Below, piece by piece: positions 15,690 through 29,399 of a stretch of DNA of 64,000 bases. The translations under genes and the position numbers were made by a program. The DNA comes from Eledone cirrhosa (taxonomy: Eukaryota), in assembly GCA_964016885.1 (NCBI GenBank), contig OZ024741.1, forward strand, positions 100,130,001-100,194,000, given 5' to 3'. The notes under the pieces are model-generated. The model had not been told where the DNA came from and made no database searches. It saw only the letters and a program-made list of their open reading frames with translations. Each line of letters begins with the position of its first letter. Positions within the stretch are counted from its first letter, which is position 1.

Positions 15690-17945
15690 CAGAAACAAAG
15701 ACACCCACTTGAAAAAAACTATCGACACATCGCATGCCAGAACCTGATGTATAAGATGTATACAGCCTGCCTGAACCTATTCCTCGAAGATCACTGTGAA
15801 AATAATAATATCATCACAGATGAACAAGCAGCTGGAAATAAAGGGATTTGGGTGTGTTTTGAACAACACCTAATCAACTAAACTGCGATGTCGGAGGTAC
15901 GATTATTGGAAATCTTTCGATTCTGTTCCCCAATCTTGGATGATAGGGGCCCCCGACATGCTAGAGTCCCAGAAATTATTATCAGAGCCATAGAGAAGCT
16001 GTCTTCTACTTGAGCTACTATTTTAAAGTTGAAAACAGAGGAGGATTCTGTTTTCACTGATAAAATAGAATATCTCAGGGGTATATTTCAAAGAGACAGC
16101 CTCTCTGTGATACTATTTATCATGTCATTAAACCCCTTGTCCTTTCTGCTCAAGAAATGTGAAGGATACATCATTGGCTCATAAGAGGATAGAAATACTA
16201 ACTTAACGCATAATTTCTTTGTGGATGATCTGAATCTCTATGCCAAGAACATAGATGGGACGAAGAAAAATCTTGGCCTGATTACAACATTCTCAAAGTA
16301 TACAGGAATGGAGTTCGGCCAAGATAAATGTTCATATATGTAAAGTGGGGAAAAACATCAACCCAATCTAGCAACATTGTCATCAACGGCCTAAGTGTTT
16401 CGCCGATATCTGATTCTACAGATACCTGGAATAGATGAGCACATATATATGTTATAAGGAACGCGTAACCAGGAAACATTACACTAGATTAAGAAAAATA
16501 TGGACACCGGAACTCTCTGCGCACAATAAAACATAGGTTAACAATGTGTTTGCTGCGCCTGTCCTAACACCAACGTTTGGAATACTCAAATGGACGATCT
16601 ACTAAATCCGAGCAATTGATGTTAGGACTCGAAAAATACTAAACAACACTGGAAACTTCCACATCACATCAACAGTGACAGAGACCGCCTCTACTTGAAA
16701 CATAAGCAGGGAAGCAGAGGACTAACATCAGTCCAGACATCATTTGAATGTCGCATCATATCCTTCCGACAACATTTACGAACCACGAAGCGTAGGAACC
16801 CGTCTCTCAAGCAAGTCTATCTGCATGAGACAGATAAGTTCATGAGAGTTGGGAAGGAACTCCGTCAAAGATATTCCCTGCGTGATAATCAAAAACTCAC
16901 ACCCAGGGAATTTGCTCAGCAGTACCGCAATGAATCCATGGGTGTAAATCTGTATGCTTATCAGCAAAATATCGTCCGTAGATATGTTACCAGGTGAACC
17001 CATAGTGAGAGTAATATAGACAGCCAAAATAGTCTATCTTGGACCAAAAACCGCTATATTGGCTCCCACTTTGAAGTATATGCTTTTGCAATCCAAAAAC
17101 AGGAAATCAACACGAAATACCTGATTCACAAAAGAGATAGGGATGGAGGTAAAACACCTAGATGTGGCAACAAGTGCAGACTCTGCAGAATTAACATCAA
17201 AGATGTCACCCATGTCATAAGCAGCTGTCTGAAGATGTCATCACGGTACTATCTACCTATGAGGCATGATGTAGTGGCCAACACACTATACAAGGCAATC
17301 CGTAGAAAGGATAGCCCCGATAATAAACACATTAAAAGCTACAGCAATGTGGAATACATAATATGAAAGAGCACTGGTGGAATGTTCCAGTAAAAAGACC
17401 AATAAAATGCAGGCATAACACACCCGATCTAATGACATGGGACAGGGAAAAGAAGGCATTCACAGTAATGGAAGTTAGCTGCCCAGCAGATGTCAAAATA
17501 ATATCAAAGATTAGCGAAAAGTAGAATAGTTCTGCAGAACCAAAGAGAAATCTGCATATACTCTACCCTGATTACACCTTCAGATTTATGCCTGTGATTA
17601 TTGGGCACTGGGATATTTATTAACTGCCTCAATACAAATCAGAAATAACACAACTAGTTAGGAAATTACAAGTACAATCCATTCATGGAACAGTAAATAT
17701 ATGTAAAACATACCAAATATTCTGCATCTAATAACTCCAGATACAAAACACATGCACATGCACACATACATCTCAAAAGATACGCATCCACAAATACAAT
17801 AACATCCATACCTGCACACACATACATGTATACATAATCTACCTAGTTGATTTTGTGTAAATTCCAATGAGAGAGTCTTGTGTCTATGTTAGAAACTGAC
17901 TCTCTCTCTATTGGCCAACATTTGTGAAATTATAAAACCAGAAGA
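15690..17945 (+). mobile_element. Decayed 5'-truncated R4/Dong-clade RLE LINE (RT + CCHC + RLE + 3' stem-loop), flanked by (CATA)n
   Basis: [13 protein letters not shown]...DEQAAG, RGIFQRDSLS (about 16078), HNFFVDDLNLYA (about 16208), RLYLKHKQGSRGL, CRLC...HVISSC...MRHDVVA (about 17175-17280), HNTPDLMTWD...MEVSCP. Many stops and frameshifts. Confidence 0.88.
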
Positions 17946-18386
17946 ACATACATACATACCTACATACATGCATACTTATTTACATACATACATACACACA
18001 TACAAACATACATACATGATAACATCTTCCCCAGAAACAATTGATTCTGAAAATGACGGTGTGATGCATCAGCGATTTCGAAACTAGAAATAGGTATAGA
18101 CATAACCACTCCTTGCTAGTTAATATATCGATCTACCATGATTAATCAACTAATTAAGAACCTATCTTCGACTTTGATCTGTTTCATTGTTCAATACGCA
18201 TACACATAAATCTAGAGGACTCTGTAGCTTGAGTAGAATCTGCAATGAGAGCCTACTACATAAACTAAAACACTCACTGCCCCAAATCACTGAAACCATC
18301 TCTTCAAGGCTTCATTGAGTTTTAACAACGTTATCGGCCCCAGTATAAACAGGTGGATGTGTGTGTGTGTGTGTGTGAGTGTGTGT

Positions 18387-18426
<40 letters not shown>

Positions 18427-19149
18427 TCAATTTTCTATTTAGTAACAACTAAAACTGACAAATCAAATACATTGGGTCCACATTCAAAACTATTAAAACT
18501 AATGTACAACGATAAATAATATTCTTGGAAATTTAGTAATTATATGTATGTATACATTTAAAGAGAAACCTCTTTAAGTCAATATAGCCCAATTTAACAG
18601 AGATAAACAAATAGCTTAAATATGTCTGGAAATCATTATTTCGTCACATCGATCATGTTTTATTTAGTAGGGAAAGAATATTCAAAATCATCGTTAAAAT
18701 CATTTTACTACTGAGTCCTTTCATTACATATAAAATCAATAGACTGCATGTTATGTCAACAAGTTTTATTTGCTTTGAAAGAGATATATTAACAGAAGAT
18801 AAATGAACAAGTTCCATGAATAAAGTAGCAAAATTTTAACATAAAATTTCACTCAAAGTAACTTTGAATCTATAATGAAATTCTACTGATAATTTTACGT
18901 TAATTATTTTCCTTCCCTCCATACGATCTCTTTCTTTTCATCATTGCTAATAACTTGGAACGTATTATTCAAACGGGTTTTACCATTTCTCCGTATTGCA
19001 AAATACATTCACTGAATACTGCTATATTTATCAATGATAACCAAACACTATGAAAATATAAAACCAAATATTACCTAAGAATCTAAGTTACACTATATTA
19101 CTTCTATGATATATATTCCAAGTAAGGTAAAAGAAACAAACTCTCTCTT

Positions 19150-19780
19150 TTTAACGTCCATCTTCTAGAAACCCACTGACTCCCATTTCTGACACGACGT
19201 CACCTCCTTTCACACCACCGCAACCAAAAACTCTATATCCTGCTCTTAATTCCACCATCTCCATTCTCTCTGAAACCAGATCCATGATTTCTAAACACAG
19301 TCTCAACACAGTCTCTCGATTCATCCGGCACGTATCCAAACATGTATCACATAGGCCTGTGAAGACGAATGCGTCTCAACCCTCTCACCCTGCAATCAGC
19401 TCGCTAATATCCGTCTTCCCTTTTCCGTCAACCAATACACTTAACTCTTACCACTCCATCATCATATCCTTCAACGCTCTCAAATCCTCATTTTAGATCC
19501 TGCCGACGCTTCTTTCACAATACACCCATTCCTGCTTATAAGGGCACTCATAAACTCCTTGTCAATTTTCTACCAAATTTCTGCCATTATCTCTCGTAGG
19601 ACTCCATATTGAAAGTTCCATAATCTAACTCGCGCTTCGTTACATGTCCATTTCTCACCAACGGCAACATCCTCACAGTCCCAAGCCAACAATCCTTCCA
19701 TACCAAACAATATTTCGCCTGTACATCAACTATCAACATGCATGCCCTTTGTTCTTCGCATTACGTATCCACCTACAAAG
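19150..19780 (+). mobile_element. Possible highly decayed LINE (L2/CR1-like) RT C-terminal remnant
   Basis: C-rich strand bias and weak motifs (LLIRALINSL, RYMSISH). No clean reading frame. Confidence 0.3.
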
Positions 19781-19902
19781 AAAAAAAAAGGCCTAATATG
19801 CAAAACATCTCTGTGTGTTTGTATCAGTGTGCGTATACTGTTGTTTAAGTGTTTTCGTATGTACGTATGTGTGTATGCTTTTATGTATATATTTATATAT
19901 AT

Positions 19903-20330
19903 TAGAAAAGAAATAGGATTTCGCTACAAGCATAGCTTTATATATGTATATACATTTCGTATTTCGAAAGTAATACGATTTTAGGAAGCCGTAGCTATGC
20001 GAGCACCGGGGGGGGGGGATCTAACGCCCTCTGGTGTTGTCCAGCAGAAGCAAAGGGGACAACCGTCTATGCATTTCAAGCTTGACTGGCCATCGTCAGG
20101 ACGGTCCCTCTGCTCTGCGACTGCTGGAATTGAAAACAGCCGAGAATATATAGTTTTCTCGTCTGTGTAAATGAGGTGATTAATCTCATTGGCATATGAA
20201 GCTGCATAAGTTGGCTCAACTTATAATAAAAAAGAAATAAGATTCCTCTTCAAGCATAGCTTTATACAATATGTATAGAAATTTCGTATTTCGAAAGAAA
20301 TACGATTTTAGGAAGCTGTAGTTATGCGAG
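19903..20330 (-). mobile_element. Non-coding hammerhead-bearing unit with about 100-bp direct terminal repeats (PLE pLTR/retrozyme-like); related copy at 30315-30540
   Basis: AAAGAAATA.GATT...CAAGCATAGCTTTATA...TTTCGTATTTCGAAAG.AATACGATTTTAGGAAGC.GTAG.TATGCGAG occurs at 19903-20003 and 20228-20330. Confidence 0.7.
20062..20105 (-). ncRNA. Type I hammerhead ribozyme motif
   Basis: ACCGTC-CTGACGA-TGGCCAGTCAAGCTT-GAAA-TGCA-TA-GACGGT: perfect 6-bp stem I, intact core, palindromic stem III, AUA site. Confidence 0.82.
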
Positions 20331-21204
20331 AGAATGCGACTTTAGACGAATGTGTGTATGTCCTTGCAGAATGTATGTCTAAGTGCGTGTCATGTATATC
20401 TGTGTTGTTTTGAGTGTTTTAAGTACTCTTCATATCACAGCTATCTAACTACCTGTGCTAATAGTGAATACTGTCTGTATTGTTATATTAGTGTTTAATT
20501 ATTCAAGTATTGGAATATAAGGCAAATCTAAAATATATTGTGATATTTGGAAGTTGATTGACAACTAATAGCGTGTTTTGTATAGATGGAAATTCACATA
20601 TGCATTCTGTGGGACGGCAAGAAACTTTATGTGCTCGGACAATGTCTGAAAATATATTTTCTCTCAGACGAAGGTGCAGAAAGAGTACATCTGATTTCAC
20701 ATCTCACTGCATGCTATACACACAGGGATGAAATGATATAAAGCGAAGGATACCCACATTCACTCGGAGGATTCCCCTCTCCCCACACACACACAAACAC
20801 ACACAGAAAACACAGACATGCTGTCATAGATACACTTACATACAAAAGCGCCTGTACACAGATGTAATATAAAAGATTTGAATTACACCAATGTACTACT
20901 ATATTAACCAACTTACTTTGCATTTCTCATCTTCTCTCAGTAATATGATGTAGCATTCATTGGTTTGACTGTATTTCAACTTACATTTACCAGAGGTATA
21001 TCACGTTACATATCATTTTACATGTTCAGATGTGCCTTTTGATTGAGAATAGAAATCCATTACTCTGCAGCGAAATAACAATATGTGCATGCATACTTAA
21101 TGCATGTATTGCCACGCATACAAAACGACACATCCCCAGCACAGCTTTATATATTTAAATAAGTATGTATGCATGTATATATGTATGCGTGTGTATGTAT
21201 GTAT

Positions 21205-21259
<55 letters not shown>

Positions 21260-22036
21260 TATATACATGTACATATATATATACACTCACATAGACAAAC
21301 ACACAAGCACACACACATACATATATATTTCTACATGCATACATACATACATACATACGTACGTTCATATATACGTCCGTACGTACTTTCATCCATCCAC
21401 CCATTTATCCATCCGTACATACATACATATATACAAACATACACACATACATATGTAAATACAATGATATATATATATATACACAAAGAATTGAATGTCA
21501 TCCTATATATACGGAGAAATCAAAAGCGCTTAAGACGTGTTGTATTACATTACATCTGATGCACTTAATGACTTGTCATTTTAGATACGCAAATGGCTTC
21601 TTAATTATCAGAGAGAAATTAACAGTATATATATTTATTTCCACCCATCCACCAAGTACATTTATGATAACTCATTTTACGCAATCAAATATATTACATA
21701 GCAAGCCTAAAAATAACCATGGGGACTATCAGATTAGTTCAGTAATAAACACCATTAGCCATTTCTAAGTATATCAGTAAAACGTATCATTTCCAAGAGC
21801 ATTACATTAGTTTTCGTCAAGCTGTTTATTTATTTAAATGTTTCTTAATTTATAGATTTTATCAATAATTTTGTACAACATGTATTTAATCTCTAAATTT
21901 GAATCCTCTTAAGTTATATTCCATATATATTTTTTTTTAGCGAAGGATACCACACACACACATACTCACACATACACGCGTGCACACACATACAAAAATA
22001 CGCGCGTGCACACACACACACATATATATATATATA

Positions 22037-22200
22037 CCGTATTTCCTGGCCTGAAGTCTCCTCGCCCTCGAGGACGCACCCTAATTTTGACTACTAAAAA
22101 TTTGAAAAGAAAATAAGCAACCTTCGGCCTCCATGTCGCATGGTAGATTTTTGAGACTTATTTTATGAAAAATCAAGCGTCTTCGACGCCGGGAAATACG

Positions 22201-22201
<1 letters not shown>
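22037..22201. mobile_element. MITE, Tc1/mariner-pogo-like TIRs
   Basis: TA-CCGTATTTCCTGGC ... GCCGGGAAATACGG-TG, inserted in a (TA)n tract. Confidence 0.7.
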
Positions 22202-22256
<55 letters not shown>

Positions 22257-22338
22257 ATCAGCCGATCAGTCACTGTGTATTTTTGAAAATGGTATATATT
22301 TTCACCAGCTCTGACAATTTGGCAGGTGAACAGTAAGA

Positions 22339-22380
22339 TGTACTGATGAAGGGTCATACCCAGAAACATTAGTAGCTGCA
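22339..22380 (+). ncRNA. Hammerhead-like motif (stem I imperfect)
   Basis: CTGATGA-A-GGGT-CAT-ACCC-A-GAAA-CATTAG-TA. Confidence 0.5.
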
Positions 22381-23048
22381 GTTCTGCTGACATGCCAACA
22401 CAAGTGCGAGAATGAAGTGTTCATTTTACTGACATGGCTATAAAATTGAGACTTGTTTGCATAATTGCAAACGAATCGAATGTTATTATTAATATTCGAA
22501 AAACTCAGATTACATTTTTATATATATATATATATAAAGGAGATCAATTGTTGTCTTATTTAGCTGCTATTTTTAGTGGCGTGATAGACAACACATCTAT
22601 GTTTACTTCCGCTTCTACTATGTGCTGGTTCATGTGCAGGTCAAGTTTACGGCCTCATTCGATCCTGTACTAGCTGGCAGTTGGCAATATATTTTGAGGT
22701 TCCTGGGACTTTTGTCCTAGGTAGGGAAAATGCTTTCTGAAGATCCGAACATTTCCATTGGAAGTTCCTAGGATTTCCAATCTTTTGTGAGATGAAACCG
22801 TCGGTAAAAGCAAAAGGAACAGGTAAATTATATTTTTTTATTTATTTAAAAAAATGTTTTGAATCTTGCTTGATCCACTTATCTCAATATTATATATATA
22901 TATGTATATATATATATATAAATGGAATAGAATGAAACGAAATTTCATTTCTCACTCTTAGTACGGCACTTACTTAAATGTAAGTATGTATGTATGTATA
23001 CGTACATACATATATGTATATACGTATATACAGACGTACAGTAGTATG

Positions 23049-23105
<57 letters not shown>

Positions 23106-23132
23106 GAGATAATATTGAATATATATATATAT

Positions 23133-23227
<95 letters not shown>

Positions 23228-23585
23228 TTTCTAAATTTATTTAGCAAGATTCTTTATCTGAAAACGTATGTTGAAACAGATATTATTATACTTTGGGAGG
23301 GTCATGTTGCCAATAAGAAACACAGGCACCATTTTCTTTCACTTCAATTTATTATAATAAATTTATAAATTTAGGAATTTATAAATTTCCGGTTGGTTGG
23401 TTTGTTCCACAACCGGATGATTGTTTATATATTGTCAAAGTTCTTTCGTCACACATTCTGTGACCTCTTCAGTGACTGGGGATTCTTTTCTTTGTATTTG
23501 TGCCTCTCCTTTGTTCTGTCCTACGCCATCTTGTTTTTGTGTGCACTGTACTACTGTAGACACAAAAACAATATATATACACAAA

Positions 23586-23640
<55 letters not shown>

Positions 23641-23642
<2 letters not shown>

Positions 23643-23750
23643 GAGTGGTCAGACAATTGGATTCGCAATCGTAAGGTTGTGAGTTCGATTCCTGGACCAG
23701 GCGATGCGTTATGTCCTTGAGCATGACACTTTATTTTACATTGCTCCTTC
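23641..23750 (+). mobile_element. tRNA-derived SINE fragment
   Basis: A-box-like CTGAGTGGTCAG and B-box GAGTTCGATTCC, followed by TGTCCTTGAGCATGACACTT (V/Meta-SINE-like central domain). Confidence 0.7.
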
Positions 23751-24696
23751 TACCTGGAGTTGCGACCGATAGATAGTACTAGCAATTGGAAAGACCAACG
23801 AAAAAGACGATCGTTTAAAAAGATATATATATATAATACACATATATAAGTTATATACATATATATATATATATATACGTGTGTGTGTGGGGGGGGGGGT
23901 CGTGTTCTAAAATCAATTTTATGTTTCTGTGTATCCGAAGAGATAATTATATTATGATAAACAATGAAGTAATACTTGATCTTGTTCTCTTATTATTTCA
24001 TTCATCATCATCATCATAAATCACATTTACACACACTACCTCAAACGCTGTCACACATGCATTTACACACACACATACACACACACACACGCACACATAC
24101 ACACACATTCATGCAAGAAAAAAATAACAATAGTAAACGAAGTATAATTAACCTACTATCACAACTTCTGTCATCATTACTACCACCACCGCCACCACCG
24201 CCAACAATACTATCACCGCCACCACCACTAACAATAACAACGACGATCATGACGACCACGATAATGGCGACAACAATGATGGTGTTGGTGTCCACAATTA
24301 TTATAACAGTAACATTGACAGCACAAACATCCAGAAGAAATACAACGGCAACATTGTTGGAAGTAACTAATGAAAAGTCACTTGATAATATTTCAAATAT
24401 GAAACCTTCATTGGAATAGTTGAGATATGAGACAGAGTGCAGCAGATATTCTAGCTCCTTTCTTTCAGCCTTAAAATAAAGTGCCCCTTTCACTTACGTT
24501 GACCCCTGTTTCAACATCCTTTTTCTCTTTCATTCACCCACTTTCAGTCAAGGCTTGCATTTCTATCGCTCTATTTATGTTGTTGAATGAGAAATTTCTT
24601 GGACACTCACACACAGACGCATGCAGATGCATACAAACACACATATACATGCACATGCCCAAGCATATACAGTACGTATCTTAAGTGTATATATAA

Positions 24697-24728
<32 letters not shown>

Positions 24729-25931
24729 ATGTGTGTATGTGTGTGCGTGTGTGTGTATGTATATATATATAATTACATATATTGTATATAGTTTTTTTTA
24801 TTGAGATATAGAAAGAGATAGTGGGATAGAAAAAGTGAGAAAGAAAGAGAGCCATGTATGTGTAAATTCCTGAATAGAAAAACAATTACATGGATATGTG
24901 TAGACACATGCACACACACACACACACACACGCTCACCCACCCCCCCCCCACACACACACACATTCACTAACACAAACATTATGTGCAGGCAAACATATC
25001 CACTAGCGCCTATCTTCCTTTATGCAAAAATACACATACATCTTAAGTACACATGCTATGGGATGTGTTACAGTTATGGGGCAGTAAGACTGACAAATGC
25101 ACATATACACATGCTTTCACTGTAGCGCACGTATTTACATAAAGAATGTCAGTTTTTCGCCTAATAAATTGTCTCATTTAAATGAAACTTGAATATCCCT
25201 GCCACATATAATCACACGCACACAGGCACACACACACAACTAAACACACACACATACTCAGAAAAATGCAGATCTAAAGGACACTTACATACACGGTCGA
25301 AGAAAAGTCGAGGTCATACATAGATTAATCTGATCGCTTGCTCTCACTGGCGGAAACTTACGAAAGACAAATGACAAAATGACTGAGACGTGTGTCATTA
25401 AATACACACCATGTGATATTGAACCCCTTTTAAAGAGCTTTTAACACGAATTGAAATCAGTTTCAGAGTTAACCCTTTGTCATATGACTAGGGATTTGTA
25501 GTTAACACACAATCCCCTAAACGGCCAAACATGATATTATATACTTGGTCTGTGTCCATCATTAGTATCCGAAGTCTCTTAGTAGAGACTAACAAATACC
25601 AACAAAAATAATCACACTAACGGCTTAGAGCTAAGGTCAGTGAGGTCATTCTTTCCAGCATGATCCTTCCCGTCCCTTCAATTTCTGACTAGCTCATTAT
25701 TTCACTTTACTAGTGGTTGTTTCAACTAGCTGGAAACATGCCAACTGAGATTCTTTATCCTTGGGTAACTTATCATCTATCGTTTCTCTTCACTAATCTC
25801 TTGCTATTTCGTTTTCTCTCGCACTTCTTTCTCTATAAGTTTGGTGGTCCATCTCCATCTCTCTCTATCTTTACACACAGACACAGACACAGATACAGAC
25901 ACAGACACAGACACACAGACACAGACACACA

Positions 25932-26040
<109 letters not shown>

Positions 26041-27274
26041 GCGCCTTTTTGTCGGGACAAATATTGATCTAAATGTGTATCCGTTTGTATGTGCGTTTGT
26101 GTAAATACATACATCCCTGCGCACAGCTGCCAATACATGCATGCTTGAGTATGTTTGTTTGTTTTGTTCTATGTATATACTTGTGTGCGTCTGTGTGTGC
26201 ATGTGCTTGTGTGTGTGTGTGTGCATGTGTCTGATTGTGCATGCGTGCGTCTGTGTGTGCGTGTGTGTATGTGTGTGTGTGTATGAGTGTGTCTGTGTGT
26301 ATGTATTTCTAACCTCTAAACTTTCAGTGTAACTGGACTTGGCCTTTATTGACACAAATTCTAACCTGCTCCTGAGAGGAGAATCTTTTGTTAATTATAG
26401 ACAATGGTTATATTTCCCTCTAGCATTGCCAATGGGTGCAGCAAGATGCCAATTTGAGAGAAACCTATCACTAAATAGCAACATAACACGTCAACATTAT
26501 AAACCCCAGTTTATCTACTGTACACAATCCTGCAGATGACAGATGGTCATCTTATTTCTCCACCACTATACACCACCTTTCTATTTGTATCGCTCTCTTT
26601 ATAAATACAATTTACGCTTCGTTAGGTTAGAATATTTAAAGAAGGTACGCAAAATGTATAGTGAATTTGGGATATAAATTTAGAAGCTGGTATATTCATG
26701 AATAACAGAAGAATGTTAATTAAATTTTCTATATTTTACTTTCAATAATACTTCCAGAAGTAACTATGGTACACACATAAAGTGTGAGTTCATAATATTA
26801 AAGTACTTTCTTGTTACTCACTAAGTATGTGCGTACTTTCATGTTAGTAGTATGAGTAGTATATTGTATTTATTAGCAATGATAGCGCCATCTATATACA
26901 TTGTTTAGACTAGAGTAGATAAATGAAATAAGCGTTAGTTAAAATATATCTTAGTAGTTAAATACATTCCACCAGAAACTGTTCATATTAAGTCGACTTT
27001 ATTATTAATTTCAAATAATTGTTTCTAATACCTAGTCAACAAGGTTATGTGACGTGGAAGATTAGATGTGATGTTAGTGAATTTAACATGCGAAATATAC
27101 TTCTCCAATTGTAGAGAAATTGATTGGATGAAAATATTCCGCTTAATTTTATTTGTATGATTTTTGTTATTTCTACTAAATGTAACAATGATACACTCAA
27201 ACGCATATGTATATATGTGAACATATTTGGAAAATATTACATAAATACAGCCTCGCATAGATACATATATATAT

Positions 27275-27457
27275 GTAAAAGTTATTCCAGGTTCAATCGG
27301 GGGTAACCACAGTAAGTAAGGTACACACCACATAGCAAAGTATAACTGTTTTAATATAGAAAAGCTTCTACAGGACCAGAACTGTTTCACTCGTGAGAAA
27401 TCATCAGGAAGCTCCTGATGATTTCTCACGAGTGAAACAGTTCCGGTCCTGTAGAAG

Positions 27458-27462
<5 letters not shown>
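27275..27462. mobile_element. Compact fold-back: arms 27360-27409 / 27413-27462 with back-to-back hammerhead-like cores, left-only tail 27275-27359
   Basis: Near-perfect 50-bp arms, each reading CTGATGA-TTTCTCACGAGT-GAAA-CAGTTC.GGTC outward. (AT)n flanks. Confidence 0.75.
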
Positions 27463-27513
<51 letters not shown>

Positions 27514-28451
27514 AAATATGTTATCTAACATAGACACAACACTACATATTTTGAAAATTGAATATTTCAACCCCAATACAAGTCTGGCATTTATAATTGA
27601 CGCACAAACTTCATGAATGGCAAAGTTGATTTCGGTGAAAATTCTATTTTGTAACAAATTTAACGCAGTTATATACCATGAGTTAATTTCCACACTTTAT
27701 CATGATACTAACAAACATGAGTTCATGTCATCAGAATATTGCATGAAGAATGCACGTATCTCTGATGTTTTGTTTTCTGTTTTCAATGAAGAAAGTGAAT
27801 GAAGAAAGGTGAAGTAAACGTGATTCGTATCATCTCAGTATTAGTATAATCAGAAGAATGGTAGCGCTCTTTTGCAAAACCGTTTATGTATATGGGGAAA
27901 TCAGAATAATAAATCACTAAACAAGTGCTATACCTGAATAGAAATCGTGTTACTAATGACTCTACCAAAGGTACTCCATTCTGTAGGATGGAGCTATCTG
28001 AGCAGAGGCTTAATTCTATTATTCAAGTATAGATATACGACAACCGATAGATTTTGTTTATTCAGATTCATTCAAATGTTTTGCCCGGCACAATGTGAGC
28101 TAATTCAAAATCACCTGGTTGTAAACAGAATTTCTTATCCACATGACCTCGCTGCACCCAGCGCAATTTATCCGTCAACGAAACCCAATATTAGCAACGA
28201 CATTTTAAAGCTGCCACAACTCAGTAAGTACATAATACTCCAGTTGTGATAGCACAGCAGCAGTCTGTTTTACTAAATTGTGTTATAGAGTTTAAATTCT
28301 TCAGTATGTATTATTTGCAGATAAATGGACCGTACTAGGTTGTATTGCTCTGTATACACTACATATATGCGGAGTATTATAGAATTGTATGGTTCGTTCA
28401 GGAAATCATCAGTGTTTATTAAATCCATAAACAATTAATCAAATTTATTCC

Positions 28452-28700
28452 CGTAATGCCAAGCTCCTCCGCCAGATCGGAGCGTCGGCGGCTCGTCTGA
28501 GGAGCGAGCCCCGTGAAGTTGGGTGGCTGTTGCAGCGGGTGTCACTGGCCATCGTCCGGGGGAATGCTTTTGCCGTCTTTTCCGCTGGGCGAGGCACTCC
28601 TGCCCCATTGCCCTAGGCCCAACTCCAATCACCCTTTCCCCTAAGGTTTGTTCCTTTTTCAGAAAATGTTGTTCTTGATACACGCAGGACTAACAAAATT
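28452..28700 (+). mobile_element. 3' fragment of a CRE-like RLE non-LTR retrotransposon
   Basis: GC-rich island translating as AKLLRQIGASAARLRSEPREVGWLLQRVSLAIVRGNAFAVF..., stop at 28614-28616. QRxSxAIxRGNA is the CRE-type C-terminal motif. Confidence 0.75.
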
Positions 28701-29399
28701 GTAAGGCACAGGCTTCATGTTTACTGCCTTTTTTGAAGATCGGTAGAAGAATTAACAAAGGATTGGAGATAGTTGTATTTGTAAATTTACAGAACTTGGA
28801 CAGTTGTTGTATCAGAATAATAGAATGAAACAGCACGTGTATTGGCTAAACGTTGCAGTATGTTGGTGAGTGAGTCTTTGCTGTACATACGTAAGGCGAG
28901 TTTTAACAATTTTAGTAGTATCGAAATGTGGGTCATAATTTACCATTGTTGAGAACCAGTAGGTGATCAGACTCATTGTATCTCATTGTTGTAAATGAGA
29001 TGACTAGTCATTCTGTTTATGTTCTTCTTTAAATGCATTATACGAATCATAAAGGCTATCACGACATTCACACATACATAAGATATCATATAAACACACT
29101 CATAATTACACTTCATATATCATATATAATGTAGAATTTAACACAAACACAAATAATACTGAAATACCCACACGACTTCACATATGTGCGTGTTTCAGTA
29201 TAAGTATGTTCGTATACATGTATATATATAGTCATATACACAATACATTGTCACTCATAAAAAATTAAATAATTTTTGTAATTCAGAAAGATTAGAAATA
29301 TATAGAGAAATAACTGAAAAGAAAGAGTGGTTAAAAAGGAAAAAAAAAATACAGAAAATGTAGTAAAATAGAAAACAAGAGAAAAAGAGTCAGGGTTTT

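Noticed and set aside
17865-17915. CCAATGAGAGAG...GAAACTGACTCTCTC in the Dong-like 3' UTR as a hammerhead
   Set aside because: The core is not intact in either copy. It is better explained as a simple 3' stem-loop.
23641-23700. tRNA gene
   Set aside because: A/B boxes are present but there is no acceptor stem or cloverleaf. It continues into a SINE body.
23976-24493. 147-150 aa His/Pro/Thr- or Gly/Val-rich ORFs
   Set aside because: Built from (CAT)n, (CA)n and (CCA/CCG)n repeats, with no domain or splice evidence.
28497-28520. CTGAGGAGCGAGCCCCGTGAAG hammerhead-like match
   Set aside because: It lies within CRE-like coding sequence, has GAAG instead of GAAA, and has no stem I.
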